Program-made: the position numbers and the translations under genes
Shown here: one piece after another, positions 45,511 through 53,548 of the stretch
How the letters are laid out: each line of letters opens with the position of its first letter
How positions within the stretch are numbered: position 1 is the stretch's first letter
The notes under the pieces: model-generated
The model's database searches: none
The model's input: the letters and a program-made list of their open reading frames with translations, nothing else
Told to the model about the DNA's origin: nothing
NCBI GenBank assembly: GCA_019113345.1
Contig: DXHQ01000100.1
Coordinates: 8,445-72,444 of the forward strand
Direction: 5' to 3'
Length of the DNA stretch: 64,000 bases
Origin: Candidatus Faecalibacterium intestinigallinarum
GTDB lineage: Bacteria > Bacillota > Clostridia > Oscillospirales > Ruminococcaceae

Positions 45511-47874
45511 ATGGCAGCAGGAATTTTGCGCATCCAGTGCTATGCCGCCCGGCAGTCCGCCCCGATGGCGGGGGTCAGCATCACCGTCACCGGCGAGGGC
45601 TTTGCCGCGGACCGGGTGACCGGCACAGACGGCACCGCCGCCGACCTCGAACTCGAAGCCCCGGCCAGCAGCTACTCGCTGGACGAGGCCAACACCACCG
45701 TCCGCCCCTACGCGGTCTGCGCCCTCGTGGCCGAAAAACCGGGCTACCAGACCGTCCGCATCGAAGGCATCCAGATCTTTTCGGGCCAGACCACCCTCGC
45801 CCCCATCGAGATGGTCCCGGCCAACGCCCGCATCGCCGAGCCGGCCGAGCCGGTGGTCATCCCGCCCCACCCCCTCTTTGCGGGGGAGGGAGGCAGCGGG
45901 CCCTCGCCCGCCCTTGCCGGCCCGGCCGCCGCGCCCCGCGTCCTGACCGCGGTGGTCATCCCCAAGACCATCACCGTCCACCTCGGCGCGCCCACCTCTT
46001 CGGCCCGCAACGTCACCGTCTCCTTCCGGGACTACATCGCCAACGTCGCCTCCAGCGAGGTGTATCCCACCTGGCCCGAACAGGCGCTGCGGGCCAACAT
46101 CCACTGTCAGATCTCGCTGGCCCTCAACCGCATCTATACCGAGTGGTATCCCTCGCGGGGGTTCAGCTTCAATATCACCGGCTCCCCCGGCTACGACCAG
46201 GCCTATGTCCACGGCCGCACCGTCTTTGACGTGATGGTCCGCCTCACCGACGACCTGTTCAACACCTATCTGCGCAAGGCCGGCACCACCAACCCCTATT
46301 TCTCCGAGTACTGCGACGGCAAAACGGTATCCTGTCCAGGTCTCAAGCAGTGGGGGACCGTATCCCTCGCCGAGGAGGGGCGCAGCGCCCTCTCCATCCT
46401 GCGGTACTACTACGGCAAGGACATCGAGGTGGTGCGCACCTCCAACATCGCCGCCATCCCCGAGAGCTACCCCGGCAGCCCGGTGCGGCAGGGCAGCCGG
46501 GGGACGTCCGTCTTTATCCTGCAGCGGCAGCTCAACCGGATCACCAAGGACTACCCCTTCTTCGGCGCCCTCACGGTGGACGGCATCTTCGGTGCGGAGA
46601 TGACCGCCACCGTCAAGCGGTTCCAGCGGCAGTTCAGCCTGACCGCGGACGGCACGGTCGGCCGGCAGACCTGGTACAAGATCAGCTACATCTACGTCTC
46701 GGTCAAGGACCTCGCCGAGCTGACCAGCGAGGGCGAGACCTCCTCCGGCAGCCTCTCGGACGGCACCTGGGGCGGCAGGACCCTGCGCACCGGCAGCAGC
46801 GGCAGCGCGGTGGAACAGCTGCAGTTCTGGCTCAACACCATCAGCCAGTATGTCTCGTCCATCCCGTCGGTGACGGTGGACGGGCGGTTCGGCAGCAGGA
46901 CGGCGGCGGCCGTCCGGGCTTTCCAGCGTCGGTACGGCCTCACGGTGGACGGCGTGGTGGGCGAGGCCACCTGGAACGCCGTCTACGCCCAGTTCTTCAG
47001 CATCCAGTCGGACAACGGCACCCCCAACGCCTACCCCGGCACCGCCCTGCGGGAGGGCGCTTCGGGCCAGAACGTCCGCCTGGTGCAGTTCTGGCTCAAG
47101 ATCGCCCGCACCGTCTACACCGCCCTGAACAACCCCTCGGTGGACGGCAAATTCGGCCCGTCGACCCGGCGGGCGGTGGCGGCTTTCCAGCGCTATTTCG
47201 GCCTGAGCGACGACGGCGTCGTCGGCCGCGCCACCTGGAACAAGCTCCGGGAGGTCTACACCGATATTGCCAACGACCTGCTGGCCAAAAACCTCCGCCC
47301 CGGCGAGTTTCCCGGCGTGCTGCGGCGGGGCGCAAGCGGCCGCGCCGTGCGGGAGCTGCAGTACTATCTCTACCTGATGCACGCCTACGACCCCGCCGTT
47401 CCTGCCGTCACCATCGACGGGCGGTTCGGCTCCTCCACCGAGGCGGCGGTCCGGGCCTACCAGCGGCTGGCCGGCCTGACCGCCGACGGGGTAGTCGGCC
47501 GCGCCACCTGGGAAAATCTCTACGCCCAGGCCAACCGGCTGCGGCTGGCCGGGCCGGTGGTCACCGTCAACCGGATGGCTTATCCCGGCGCGCCGCTCGC
47601 CCTCGGCGCCGAAGGCGAGGCGGTGCTCTACTACACCGTCCTGCTCTCCCGCATCGCCTATTACTACGACGCCGTCTCCAGCCCCGGGCTGCTCTCGGTC
47701 TATACCGACGAAGTCGAGACCGGCACCCGCAGCCTGCAGCAGTTTTTGGGCCTGCCGGTGACCGGGACGGTGGACGCCGACACCTGGGACGCCGCCGAGG
47801 GGCTGGGTCTGGCCCTTCTGACCGGCGCGCTCGAGCCGGGGGCCGCGCCGCTGCCGCAGCCGGAGGAGGGGTGA
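45511..47874 (+). CDS. SleC-like spore-cortex-lytic/peptidoglycan-binding protein with five PG_binding_1 repeats
   Basis: The core ITVHLGAP...VSFRDYIANVASSEVYPTWPEQALRANIHCQISLALNRIYTEWYPSRGF...YCDGKTVSCPGLKQWGT...WYKISYIYVSVKDLAELTSEG resembles clostridial SleC as I recall it. There is an N-terminal carboxypeptidase-regulatory-like beta domain and five tandem ~65-aa VDG(R/K/I)FG...DG(V/T)VG..TW repeats. The start is trimmed to the ATG at 45511 (AAAGGAG RBS). Confidence 0.7.
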   Translation: MAAGILRIQCYAARQSAPMAGVSITVTGEGFAADRVTGTDGTAADLELEAPASSYSLDEANTTVRPYAVCALVAEKPGYQTVRIEGIQIFSGQTTLAPIEMVPANARIAEPAEPVVIPPHPLFAGEGGSGPSPALAGPAAAPRVLTAVVIPKTITVHLGAPTSSARNVTVSFRDYIANVASSEVYPTWPEQALRANIHCQISLALNRIYTEWYPSRGFSFNITGSPGYDQAYVHGRTVFDVMVRLTDDLFNTYLRKAGTTNPYFSEYCDGKTVSCPGLKQWGTVSLAEEGRSALSILRYYYGKDIEVVRTSNIAAIPESYPGSPVRQGSRGTSVFILQRQLNRITKDYPFFGALTVDGIFGAEMTATVKRFQRQFSLTADGTVGRQTWYKISYIYVSVKDLAELTSEGETSSGSLSDGTWGGRTLRTGSSGSAVEQLQFWLNTISQYVSSIPSVTVDGRFGSRTAAAVRAFQRRYGLTVDGVVGEATWNAVYAQFFSIQSDNGTPNAYPGTALREGASGQNVRLVQFWLKIARTVYTALNNPSVDGKFGPSTRRAVAAFQRYFGLSDDGVVGRATWNKLREVYTDIANDLLAKNLRPGEFPGVLRRGASGRAVRELQYYLYLMHAYDPAVPAVTIDGRFGSSTEAAVRAYQRLAGLTADGVVGRATWENLYAQANRLRLAGPVVTVNRMAYPGAPLALGAEGEAVLYYTVLLSRIAYYYDAVSSPGLLSVYTDEVETGTRSLQQFLGLPVTGTVDADTWDAAEGLGLALLTGALEPGAAPLPQPEEG

Positions 47875-47877
47875 ACC

Positions 47878-48570
47878 ATGGCCCGCCTGCTGATCTACGA
47901 CAACTACGACGACCGGGTCTACACCTACGCCGATGTGAACGAAAGCGACGCCATGCCCTACAGCACCGAGCAGACCCTTCTGGTGCGGGAGTTCCGGGGC
48001 GAGTCGGGCAGCCCCACCCTCTGGACCACCACCGCCGCCATGGAGGCCTGGAACCTGACCCGCCGCCGGTACGGCCGGGGCATCCACGTCGGCTACGCCT
48101 TCCGCCGCATCTGGGAGGGCGGCCACGGCACCCGCAGCCAGCACTACGCCGGCGTCTCCTTCGACGTGGGGCAGACCACCACCGCCGCCCACCGGGTCGA
48201 GATCTTCAACGCGGCCCTGCGCAGCGGGGCCTGGGGCTACGTCGAGCCCCTCTCCCTCACCCCCACCTGGGTCCACTTTGACCGGCGGTACGGCGTGCCG
48301 TCCTGCGAGGGCACCACCTCGGGCTACCCCACCCTCCGCCGGGGCAGCCGCGGCTGCTACGTCATGGTCCTGCAGGACGCTCTTTCCGCCCTGGGCTACC
48401 CCACCGGCGAGAAGATCGACGGGGTGTTCGGGGTCCTGACCGAAAACGCCCTCAAGGGCTACCAGCGCCGCAACTGGCTGACCGCCGACGGCGTCTGCGG
48501 CTGCAACAGCTGGGCCAAGATCTCCACCTCGGTGCTGGGCATCGGCCGGACGCCGACCACGATCGATTAG
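47878..48570 (+). CDS. M15-family zinc D-Ala-D-Ala carboxypeptidase-like protein with a C-terminal PG_binding_1 domain
   Basis: SQHYAGVSFD (SxHxxGxAxD) and a WVHFD histidine, followed by GSRGCYVMVLQDAL...IDGVFG...ADGVCG. Starts 3 nt after the preceding gene ends. Confidence 0.7.
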   Translation: MARLLIYDNYDDRVYTYADVNESDAMPYSTEQTLLVREFRGESGSPTLWTTTAAMEAWNLTRRRYGRGIHVGYAFRRIWEGGHGTRSQHYAGVSFDVGQTTTAAHRVEIFNAALRSGAWGYVEPLSLTPTWVHFDRRYGVPSCEGTTSGYPTLRRGSRGCYVMVLQDALSALGYPTGEKIDGVFGVLTENALKGYQRRNWLTADGVCGCNSWAKISTSVLGIGRTPTTID

Positions 48571-48693
48571 CATCCCTCCGGGGGCGCTCCGGAGGGCACC
48601 GTTTCGGCGCGCAGCCCTGCGTCAGAACTTTTCCGATCTGTCCGGCCTGACCATATGCCGTCATGCCGGACTTTTCTGAGGGCCTGCCGGCTG

Positions 48694-48722
48694 TTGCAAA
48701 CCGCCGCGAAACGTGCTAAAAT
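48694..48722 (+). promoter_or_regulatory. sigma-70-type promoter for the aminotransferase gene
   Basis: TTGCAA-17 nt-TAAAAT. Confidence 0.5.
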
Positions 48723-48761
48723 GGGCAGGACACAACCAAAAAAGAGAGAGGGAATGTAAGG

Positions 48762-49925
48762 ATGGAATTTTCCAAGCGGATGAAGCTGTTCGGGGACGAG
48801 ATCTTCGCGGCCCTGAACGAAAAGAAGGTGGCCCTTGAAGCCGAGGGCCGCACGATCTACAACCTCAGCGTCGGCACCCCCGATTTTGCGCCCGCGCCCC
48901 ACATCGTCAAGGCGCTGACCGACGCGGCCGCCGATCCCGAAAACTGGAAGTACAGCCTGCGGGACATCCCCGAAATGCTCGGGGCGGTCTGCAGCTACTA
49001 CAAGCGGCGCTTCGGGGTCAAGATCACCCCCGACCAGGTGGCCAGCTGCAACGGCAGCCAGGAGGGCTGCGGCCACATCGGGATGGTCCTGTGCGACGAG
49101 GGGGACACCGTCCTGCTGCCCAACCCCTGCTACCCCGTCTTTATCGCCGGGGCCAAGCTGGCCGGGGCCGAGCCTTACTATTACCCGCTGGTCAAGGAGC
49201 ACGGCTTTCTGCCCTATGTGCAGGACATCCCCGAGGAGGTCGCCCGCCGGGCCAAATATATGATCGTCTCCCTGCCCGCCAACCCCGTGGGCAGCGTCGG
49301 CACCCCCGCCCTCTACGAGGAGCTGGTCGCCTTTGCCAAAAAGTACGATATCCTGCTCATCCACGACAACGCCTACAGCGACATCATCTTTGACGGCGCG
49401 GAGGGGCACAGCCTTTTCAACACCCCCGGCGCGATGGACGTCGGCGTCGAGTTCTTCAGCCTGTCCAAGAGCTTTGACGTCACCGGCGCGCGGATCAGCT
49501 TCCTGGTGGGCCGGCCCGACGTCGTCGCGGCCTTCCGCCGGCTGCGCGGCCAGATCGACTTCGGGATGTTCCTGCCCGTCCAGCAGGCGGCCATCGCCGC
49601 CCTGACCGGCCCCCTCGATATGGTCAGGGAGCAGTGCGCCGTCTACCAGCAGCGCCGGGACGCCCTCTGCGGCGGCCTGCGCGCCATCGGCTGGGAGGTC
49701 CCCGACAGCCACGGCAGCATGTTCGTCTGGGCGCCCATCCCCGCCAAGTACCGCAGCAGCATGGATTTCTGCATGGACCTGGTGGAAAAGAGCGGCGTGC
49801 TGTGCACCCCCGGCTCCAGCTTTGGCCCCGCGGGCGAGGGCTACGTCCGCTTTGCCCTGACCATGCCGGCCGAGCGGATCGCCGAGGCCGTCCGGGCCAT
49901 CGCCGCAAGCGGCATCCTGAACTGA
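48762..49925 (+). CDS. class I/II PLP-dependent aminotransferase
   Basis: 387 aa with the SLSKSF lysine motif, NPxxP(V)G and a DNAY region. Substrate not assignable from the sequence alone. Confidence 0.85.
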   Translation: MEFSKRMKLFGDEIFAALNEKKVALEAEGRTIYNLSVGTPDFAPAPHIVKALTDAAADPENWKYSLRDIPEMLGAVCSYYKRRFGVKITPDQVASCNGSQEGCGHIGMVLCDEGDTVLLPNPCYPVFIAGAKLAGAEPYYYPLVKEHGFLPYVQDIPEEVARRAKYMIVSLPANPVGSVGTPALYEELVAFAKKYDILLIHDNAYSDIIFDGAEGHSLFNTPGAMDVGVEFFSLSKSFDVTGARISFLVGRPDVVAAFRRLRGQIDFGMFLPVQQAAIAALTGPLDMVREQCAVYQQRRDALCGGLRAIGWEVPDSHGSMFVWAPIPAKYRSSMDFCMDLVEKSGVLCTPGSSFGPAGEGYVRFALTMPAERIAEAVRAIAASGILN

Positions 49926-49933
49926 ACACATTA

Positions 49934-49965
49934 CGCCGGAAGGATACGCCTTCCGGTGTTTTTTA
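49934..49965 (+). terminator. intrinsic terminator after the aminotransferase gene
   Basis: Stem CCGGAAGG/CCTTCCGG (extendable by further pairs) followed by TTTTTT. Confidence 0.7.
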
Positions 49966-50039
49966 TTGCCCGTACTCTCCTCTCAGTCACGGCCGCAGGC
50001 CGCGACTGAGAGGGGCGCCACCCAATTTTTCTTTTTTGG

Positions 50040-50068
50040 TGAAACACTTTGCCCGCCCCGTTCGTCTA
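50040..50068 (+). promoter_or_regulatory. ECF-sigma-type (autoregulatory) promoter
   Basis: TGAAAC-17 nt-CGTCTA preceded by a T-rich tract, about 55 nt upstream of the ECF sigma gene. Matches the Bacillus SigW/X/M-type AAC...CGT architecture. Confidence 0.65.
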
Positions 50069-50120
50069 ACGGACAGAAGCGGCCGGGAGGCAAGACGAAA
50101 GGCCGGGCCGCCGATGGGAG

Positions 50121-50618
50121 GTGAAACAGGTGTGGGAAACGCTCTACGATGATTTCTGGGACAAGCTCGTTCGCTTCTGCGCCAAGCTGACGCGGGACGA
50201 GGCTGCCGCCGAGGACCTCGCGCAGGAGACCTTTCTCCGGGCGATGAGCCGCGCCGGGCTGCTGGCCGGCCTGTCAAGGCCGCAGCAGAAAGCCTGGCTT
50301 TTCGAGACGGCCCACAACCTTTTCTGCGACGCCGCCCGCCGGTCCGCCAGGGAGCGGGAGCTGCTGGAAAAGTACGCCCCGCCCCCCGACGACGGCGAAC
50401 CGGCCGACGACACCGCCTCCGCCGCCCTCGGCGGGGTGGAGCTTGCCACCGTCTTTGACAAGCTCCCCCTGCGGGACGCCTCTCTCTTTTTCATGCGGTA
50501 CGACGAGGGCTACACCGCCGCCGAGCTGGCCCGGCTGACCGGCGAGCCGGCCGCCACCATCCGCACCCGGCTGCACCGCATCCGCAAACAGTTACAGCAA
50601 ACACTCAAGGAGGAATAA
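50121..50618 (+). CDS. ECF (group IV) RNA polymerase sigma-70 factor
   Basis: Region 2 (EDLAQETFLRA) and region 4.2 HTH (YTAAELARLTGEPAATIRTRLHRIRKQL); about 165 aa. Start is the GTG at 50121 or the GTG at 50130. Confidence 0.88.
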   Translation: MKQVWETLYDDFWDKLVRFCAKLTRDEAAAEDLAQETFLRAMSRAGLLAGLSRPQQKAWLFETAHNLFCDAARRSARERELLEKYAPPPDDGEPADDTASAALGGVELATVFDKLPLRDASLFFMRYDEGYTAAELARLTGEPAATIRTRLHRIRKQLQQTLKEE

Positions 50619-50622
50619 TCAT

Positions 50623-51822
50623 ATGAGCAAGAAACTTGTGATCGACACCATGTTCTGCGACCTGCGCAAAATGCAGGAATCCACCCTCGGTCAGTACGAC
50701 AGCATCAAGGTCAGCACCATGATCGCGGTGACCAACGCCCGCGCCCGGGAGCTGATGAGCCGCTACCCCATCGAGATGGACTGTATGCACACCATCGACC
50801 TGGACGACGAGACCACCCTCAACACCCTCAACGGCAAGACCCTCTTCACCGGGCGCAACACCCCCAACGGCCGGCAGTACCTGGTGGTCAACGGCACCAT
50901 GACCATCACCCCCGACGCCGGCGACGCGCTGCGCCAGTATATGGGGCTGAGCATCAACGGTCTGGTCCTCTGCCCCGACTCGCTGGCCACCGTCCTGGCC
51001 AGCAAGGCCGCCGTCAACGGCAAGATCGAGACCTACCCCGACGGGGCGGTGGTCCTCAAGAGCAACGCCGTCATCGACCGGGCCTTTGCCCTGCGGGCCG
51101 AGCCGGGCCGGCTCTACTGGGCCGCCCAGCGGCTGATCGCGGTGGACGACGCCGTCGACGGCGAAGAGCTGGCCGCCAAAGGGGTCCGCTTTGCCGCCCG
51201 GGAAGCTTACCTCACCGAAAGCCTGGCCGAAAGCCTTGCCCCCCTCTTTGACCCCGACACCCGGCTGGTCATCCTCCCGGACGGGACCACGGTGGAACAG
51301 GACGACCTGACCCTGAACGGCGCCGCCCTGCGCCGCTTTGGGGACAGCCTGCTGGTGCTGGGCGATCTGCGGCTGACCGAGGACTGCGCCGAGGCCCTGA
51401 GCAACCTGGAATACCTGCAGGTGGAGGGGGACGTCTACCTGCCCGAGAGTCTGGCCGACGCCCTCGACGCCGTCACCGAGACCATCCTGGACGGTGACGT
51501 CCACTATCTGGCCGGCAAGCCCCTCTTCGACAAGCTGCACATCACCGTCGACAAGAGCCTGCTGGACGCCTTCCCCGACGGGCTGACCCTGGTGGACTGC
51601 ACCAACGTCACCCTCGACGGCAGCCTGACCCCCGCCGACGTCATCGACCATCTGGCCTTCTACGACTGCAAGAGCATCACCTGCCCCGCCGCCCTTGTCA
51701 GCGCGGTGAACGCCGTCGCCGACGGCATGGGCAGCGTCAACACCCCCGATGCCGCAGAGGACGCCGGCTCCGAAGAGGACGCCGGCACCCAGCACATCGA
51801 CGCCATGAGCTATATCCTGTAA
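50623..51822 (+). CDS. hypothetical acidic cytoplasmic protein co-transcribed with the ECF sigma factor
   Basis: 399 aa, starting 4 nt after the sigma stop, with an AAGGAGGA RBS. No TM helix, no HxxxCxxC motif and no family recognised. Contains loosely repeating ~35-40-aa Leu/Val/Asp-rich units. Confidence 0.75.
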   Translation: MSKKLVIDTMFCDLRKMQESTLGQYDSIKVSTMIAVTNARARELMSRYPIEMDCMHTIDLDDETTLNTLNGKTLFTGRNTPNGRQYLVVNGTMTITPDAGDALRQYMGLSINGLVLCPDSLATVLASKAAVNGKIETYPDGAVVLKSNAVIDRAFALRAEPGRLYWAAQRLIAVDDAVDGEELAAKGVRFAAREAYLTESLAESLAPLFDPDTRLVILPDGTTVEQDDLTLNGAALRRFGDSLLVLGDLRLTEDCAEALSNLEYLQVEGDVYLPESLADALDAVTETILDGDVHYLAGKPLFDKLHITVDKSLLDAFPDGLTLVDCTNVTLDGSLTPADVIDHLAFYDCKSITCPAALVSAVNAVADGMGSVNTPDAAEDAGSEEDAGTQHIDAMSYIL

Positions 51823-51825
51823 ACG

Positions 51826-51864
51826 CAAAACGGCCCCGCCCCCTTCCAGGGCGGGGCCTTTTTT
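51826..51864. terminator. bidirectional terminator between convergent genes
   Basis: Stem GGCCCCGCC/GGCGGGGCC followed by TTTTTT; an A-run precedes it. Confidence 0.7.
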
Positions 51865-52823
51865 CAGTTGACGATGTTTTCCCCTTTCCCGGCAAGGAAG
51901 GTGGAAAGGTTACGGGTGGTGATCTCCATCAGCCGTTTCAGCGCGCCGCCGGTGGCCCAGGCCACATGGGGCGTCAGGAGGGTGTGCGGCGCGCAGCGCA
52001 GCGGGCTGTCCGCCGGCAGCGGCTCGGCGGCAAAGGCGTCGGCCGCGTACCAGCCCAAACGCCCGCTTTCGAGGGCGGCGGCCACGGCATTCTCGTCCAC
52101 CAGCGCGCCTCGGGCGGTGTTGAGCAGGACGGCCCCCGGCTTCATTTTGGCGAGGGCCTGTGCCCCGATCAGCCCCCGGGTGGCGGGGGTGGCCGGACAG
52201 TGAAGGCTGACCACATCGCTTTGGTCCAGCAGGGTGTCGAGATCCACAAACTCCACCCCGTCGCCGGCGTATTCCGGCCGGACGGTGCGGGTCCAGACCA
52301 GCACCCTCATCCCGAAGGCTTTGGCCAGCCGCGCGGTCTGCCGCCCGATGTTGCCGTAGCCGCAAACGCCGAAGGTGCGGCCGTACAGTTCCACCTGCGG
52401 CAGGATGCCGTACTGTGCCGGGATGTTCAACTGCCAGTAGCCGTCCCGCAGGGCGCGGTCCTGCCGCTCGGGGCACTGGCAGACCGTCAGCAGCAGGCTG
52501 AACGCCATCTGGGCCACGCTGTAGGTGGAATAGGCCGGGACGTTGGCCACCGCGACGCCGTGCCGGCGGCAGGCTTCCAGATCAAGGTTGTCGGTGCCGG
52601 TGGCGATGATCCCCACCCAGCACAGGTTGGGGCAGCGGGAGAGGATGGCCTCATCCATCCGGCACTTGTTCAGCACCACCAGCTCGGCGTCTCCGATCCG
52701 CTCGGCGATCTGCTCATAGGGGGTGCGGACGTACTCGGTGACGTCCGGCACCAGGGCCCGCAGTCCCGACCAGTCCAGGTCGCCCGGCTCCATGACATAG
52801 CTTTCGAGAATGACCAGTTTCAT
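51864..52823 (-). CDS. D-isomer-specific 2-hydroxyacid dehydrogenase (glycerate dehydrogenase-like)
   Basis: NAD-binding motif GYGNIGRQTARLAKAFGMRV, catalytic R/E/H positions (NTARG...TPHVAW); 319 aa. Confidence 0.88.
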   Translation of the reverse strand: MKLVILESYVMEPGDLDWSGLRALVPDVTEYVRTPYEQIAERIGDAELVVLNKCRMDEAILSRCPNLCWVGIIATGTDNLDLEACRRHGVAVANVPAYSTYSVAQMAFSLLLTVCQCPERQDRALRDGYWQLNIPAQYGILPQVELYGRTFGVCGYGNIGRQTARLAKAFGMRVLVWTRTVRPEYAGDGVEFVDLDTLLDQSDVVSLHCPATPATRGLIGAQALAKMKPGAVLLNTARGALVDENAVAAALESGRLGWYAADAFAAEPLPADSPLRCAPHTLLTPHVAWATGGALKRLMEITTRNLSTFLAGKGENIVN

Positions 52824-52846
52824 ATTTGTACATCCTTCCGTTTCGA

Positions 52847-53473
52847 TTACGCCGGGCAGAGGCCCAGGGCCGTGCCCCCGGCGGTGGTCTCGCTGGCGAC
52901 GGCGGCCCAGCCCCGCCCCAGCAGGGCGGCCAGCCGCGGCCGGTCGGCAAGGGAGACCCAGACCGGGTCGGCCCGGCCGGCGCGCGGCGCGCGGGCAAAC
53001 AGCCAGCAGGGCGCAAGGCCGCTCAGCGGCCGGACCGCCCGCAGGGCAAGCCCTGCCTCTAAGTAGACGGGCAGCATCTCTTCGGCCTCGGGGGTGGCCT
53101 CCAGCGCCGCCCAGAGCGGGCCCGCCCCCGCGTGGCGGGCTGCCGGCGTCAGCACCGCCCCCAGCAGGGCGGGCAGCAGGTCTCTGTCCCCCACCGGAGG
53201 CCCCAGCAGGACCCCCCGGCCCAGTCCCTGCCGGCCCAGAAAGCGCCGCAGCGCCCCCGCGGCCTCGACGTTCGCATACAGCGGCAGCTCGATGACAGCG
53301 GCCAGCGGCTCACCGCGCGCGCCGCAGACCCCCGCCGCCTGCCCTGCCGCCAGCATCCGCAGCACCTCGCTGCGCGGGCGGTAAAATCCCGACGCCTCCC
53401 GCCGGGCCAGCAGGCAGAATTCCTCGGCCGAGAGGCGGCGGGCCTGCACCGCCGGTTCACACAGTTGCAGCAT
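52847..53473 (-). CDS. hypothetical protein (Ala/Leu/Arg-rich; possibly a degenerate acetyltransferase-like fold)
   Basis: 208-aa ORF with an AGGAA RBS, lying 23 nt upstream of and co-oriented with the dehydrogenase gene. No motif recognised. Coding status rests on position and frame only. Confidence 0.5.
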   Translation of the reverse strand: MLQLCEPAVQARRLSAEEFCLLARREASGFYRPRSEVLRMLAAGQAAGVCGARGEPLAAVIELPLYANVEAAGALRRFLGRQGLGRGVLLGPPVGDRDLLPALLGAVLTPAARHAGAGPLWAALEATPEAEEMLPVYLEAGLALRAVRPLSGLAPCWLFARAPRAGRADPVWVSLADRPRLAALLGRGWAAVASETTAGGTALGLCPA

Positions 53474-53548
53474 GGTTCATTCCTGTCCCCTTCCTGCAGG
53501 CGTGCCGCCTGCACGGCCTATTCTACCAGAGGGGACCGGCGCTTTGTG

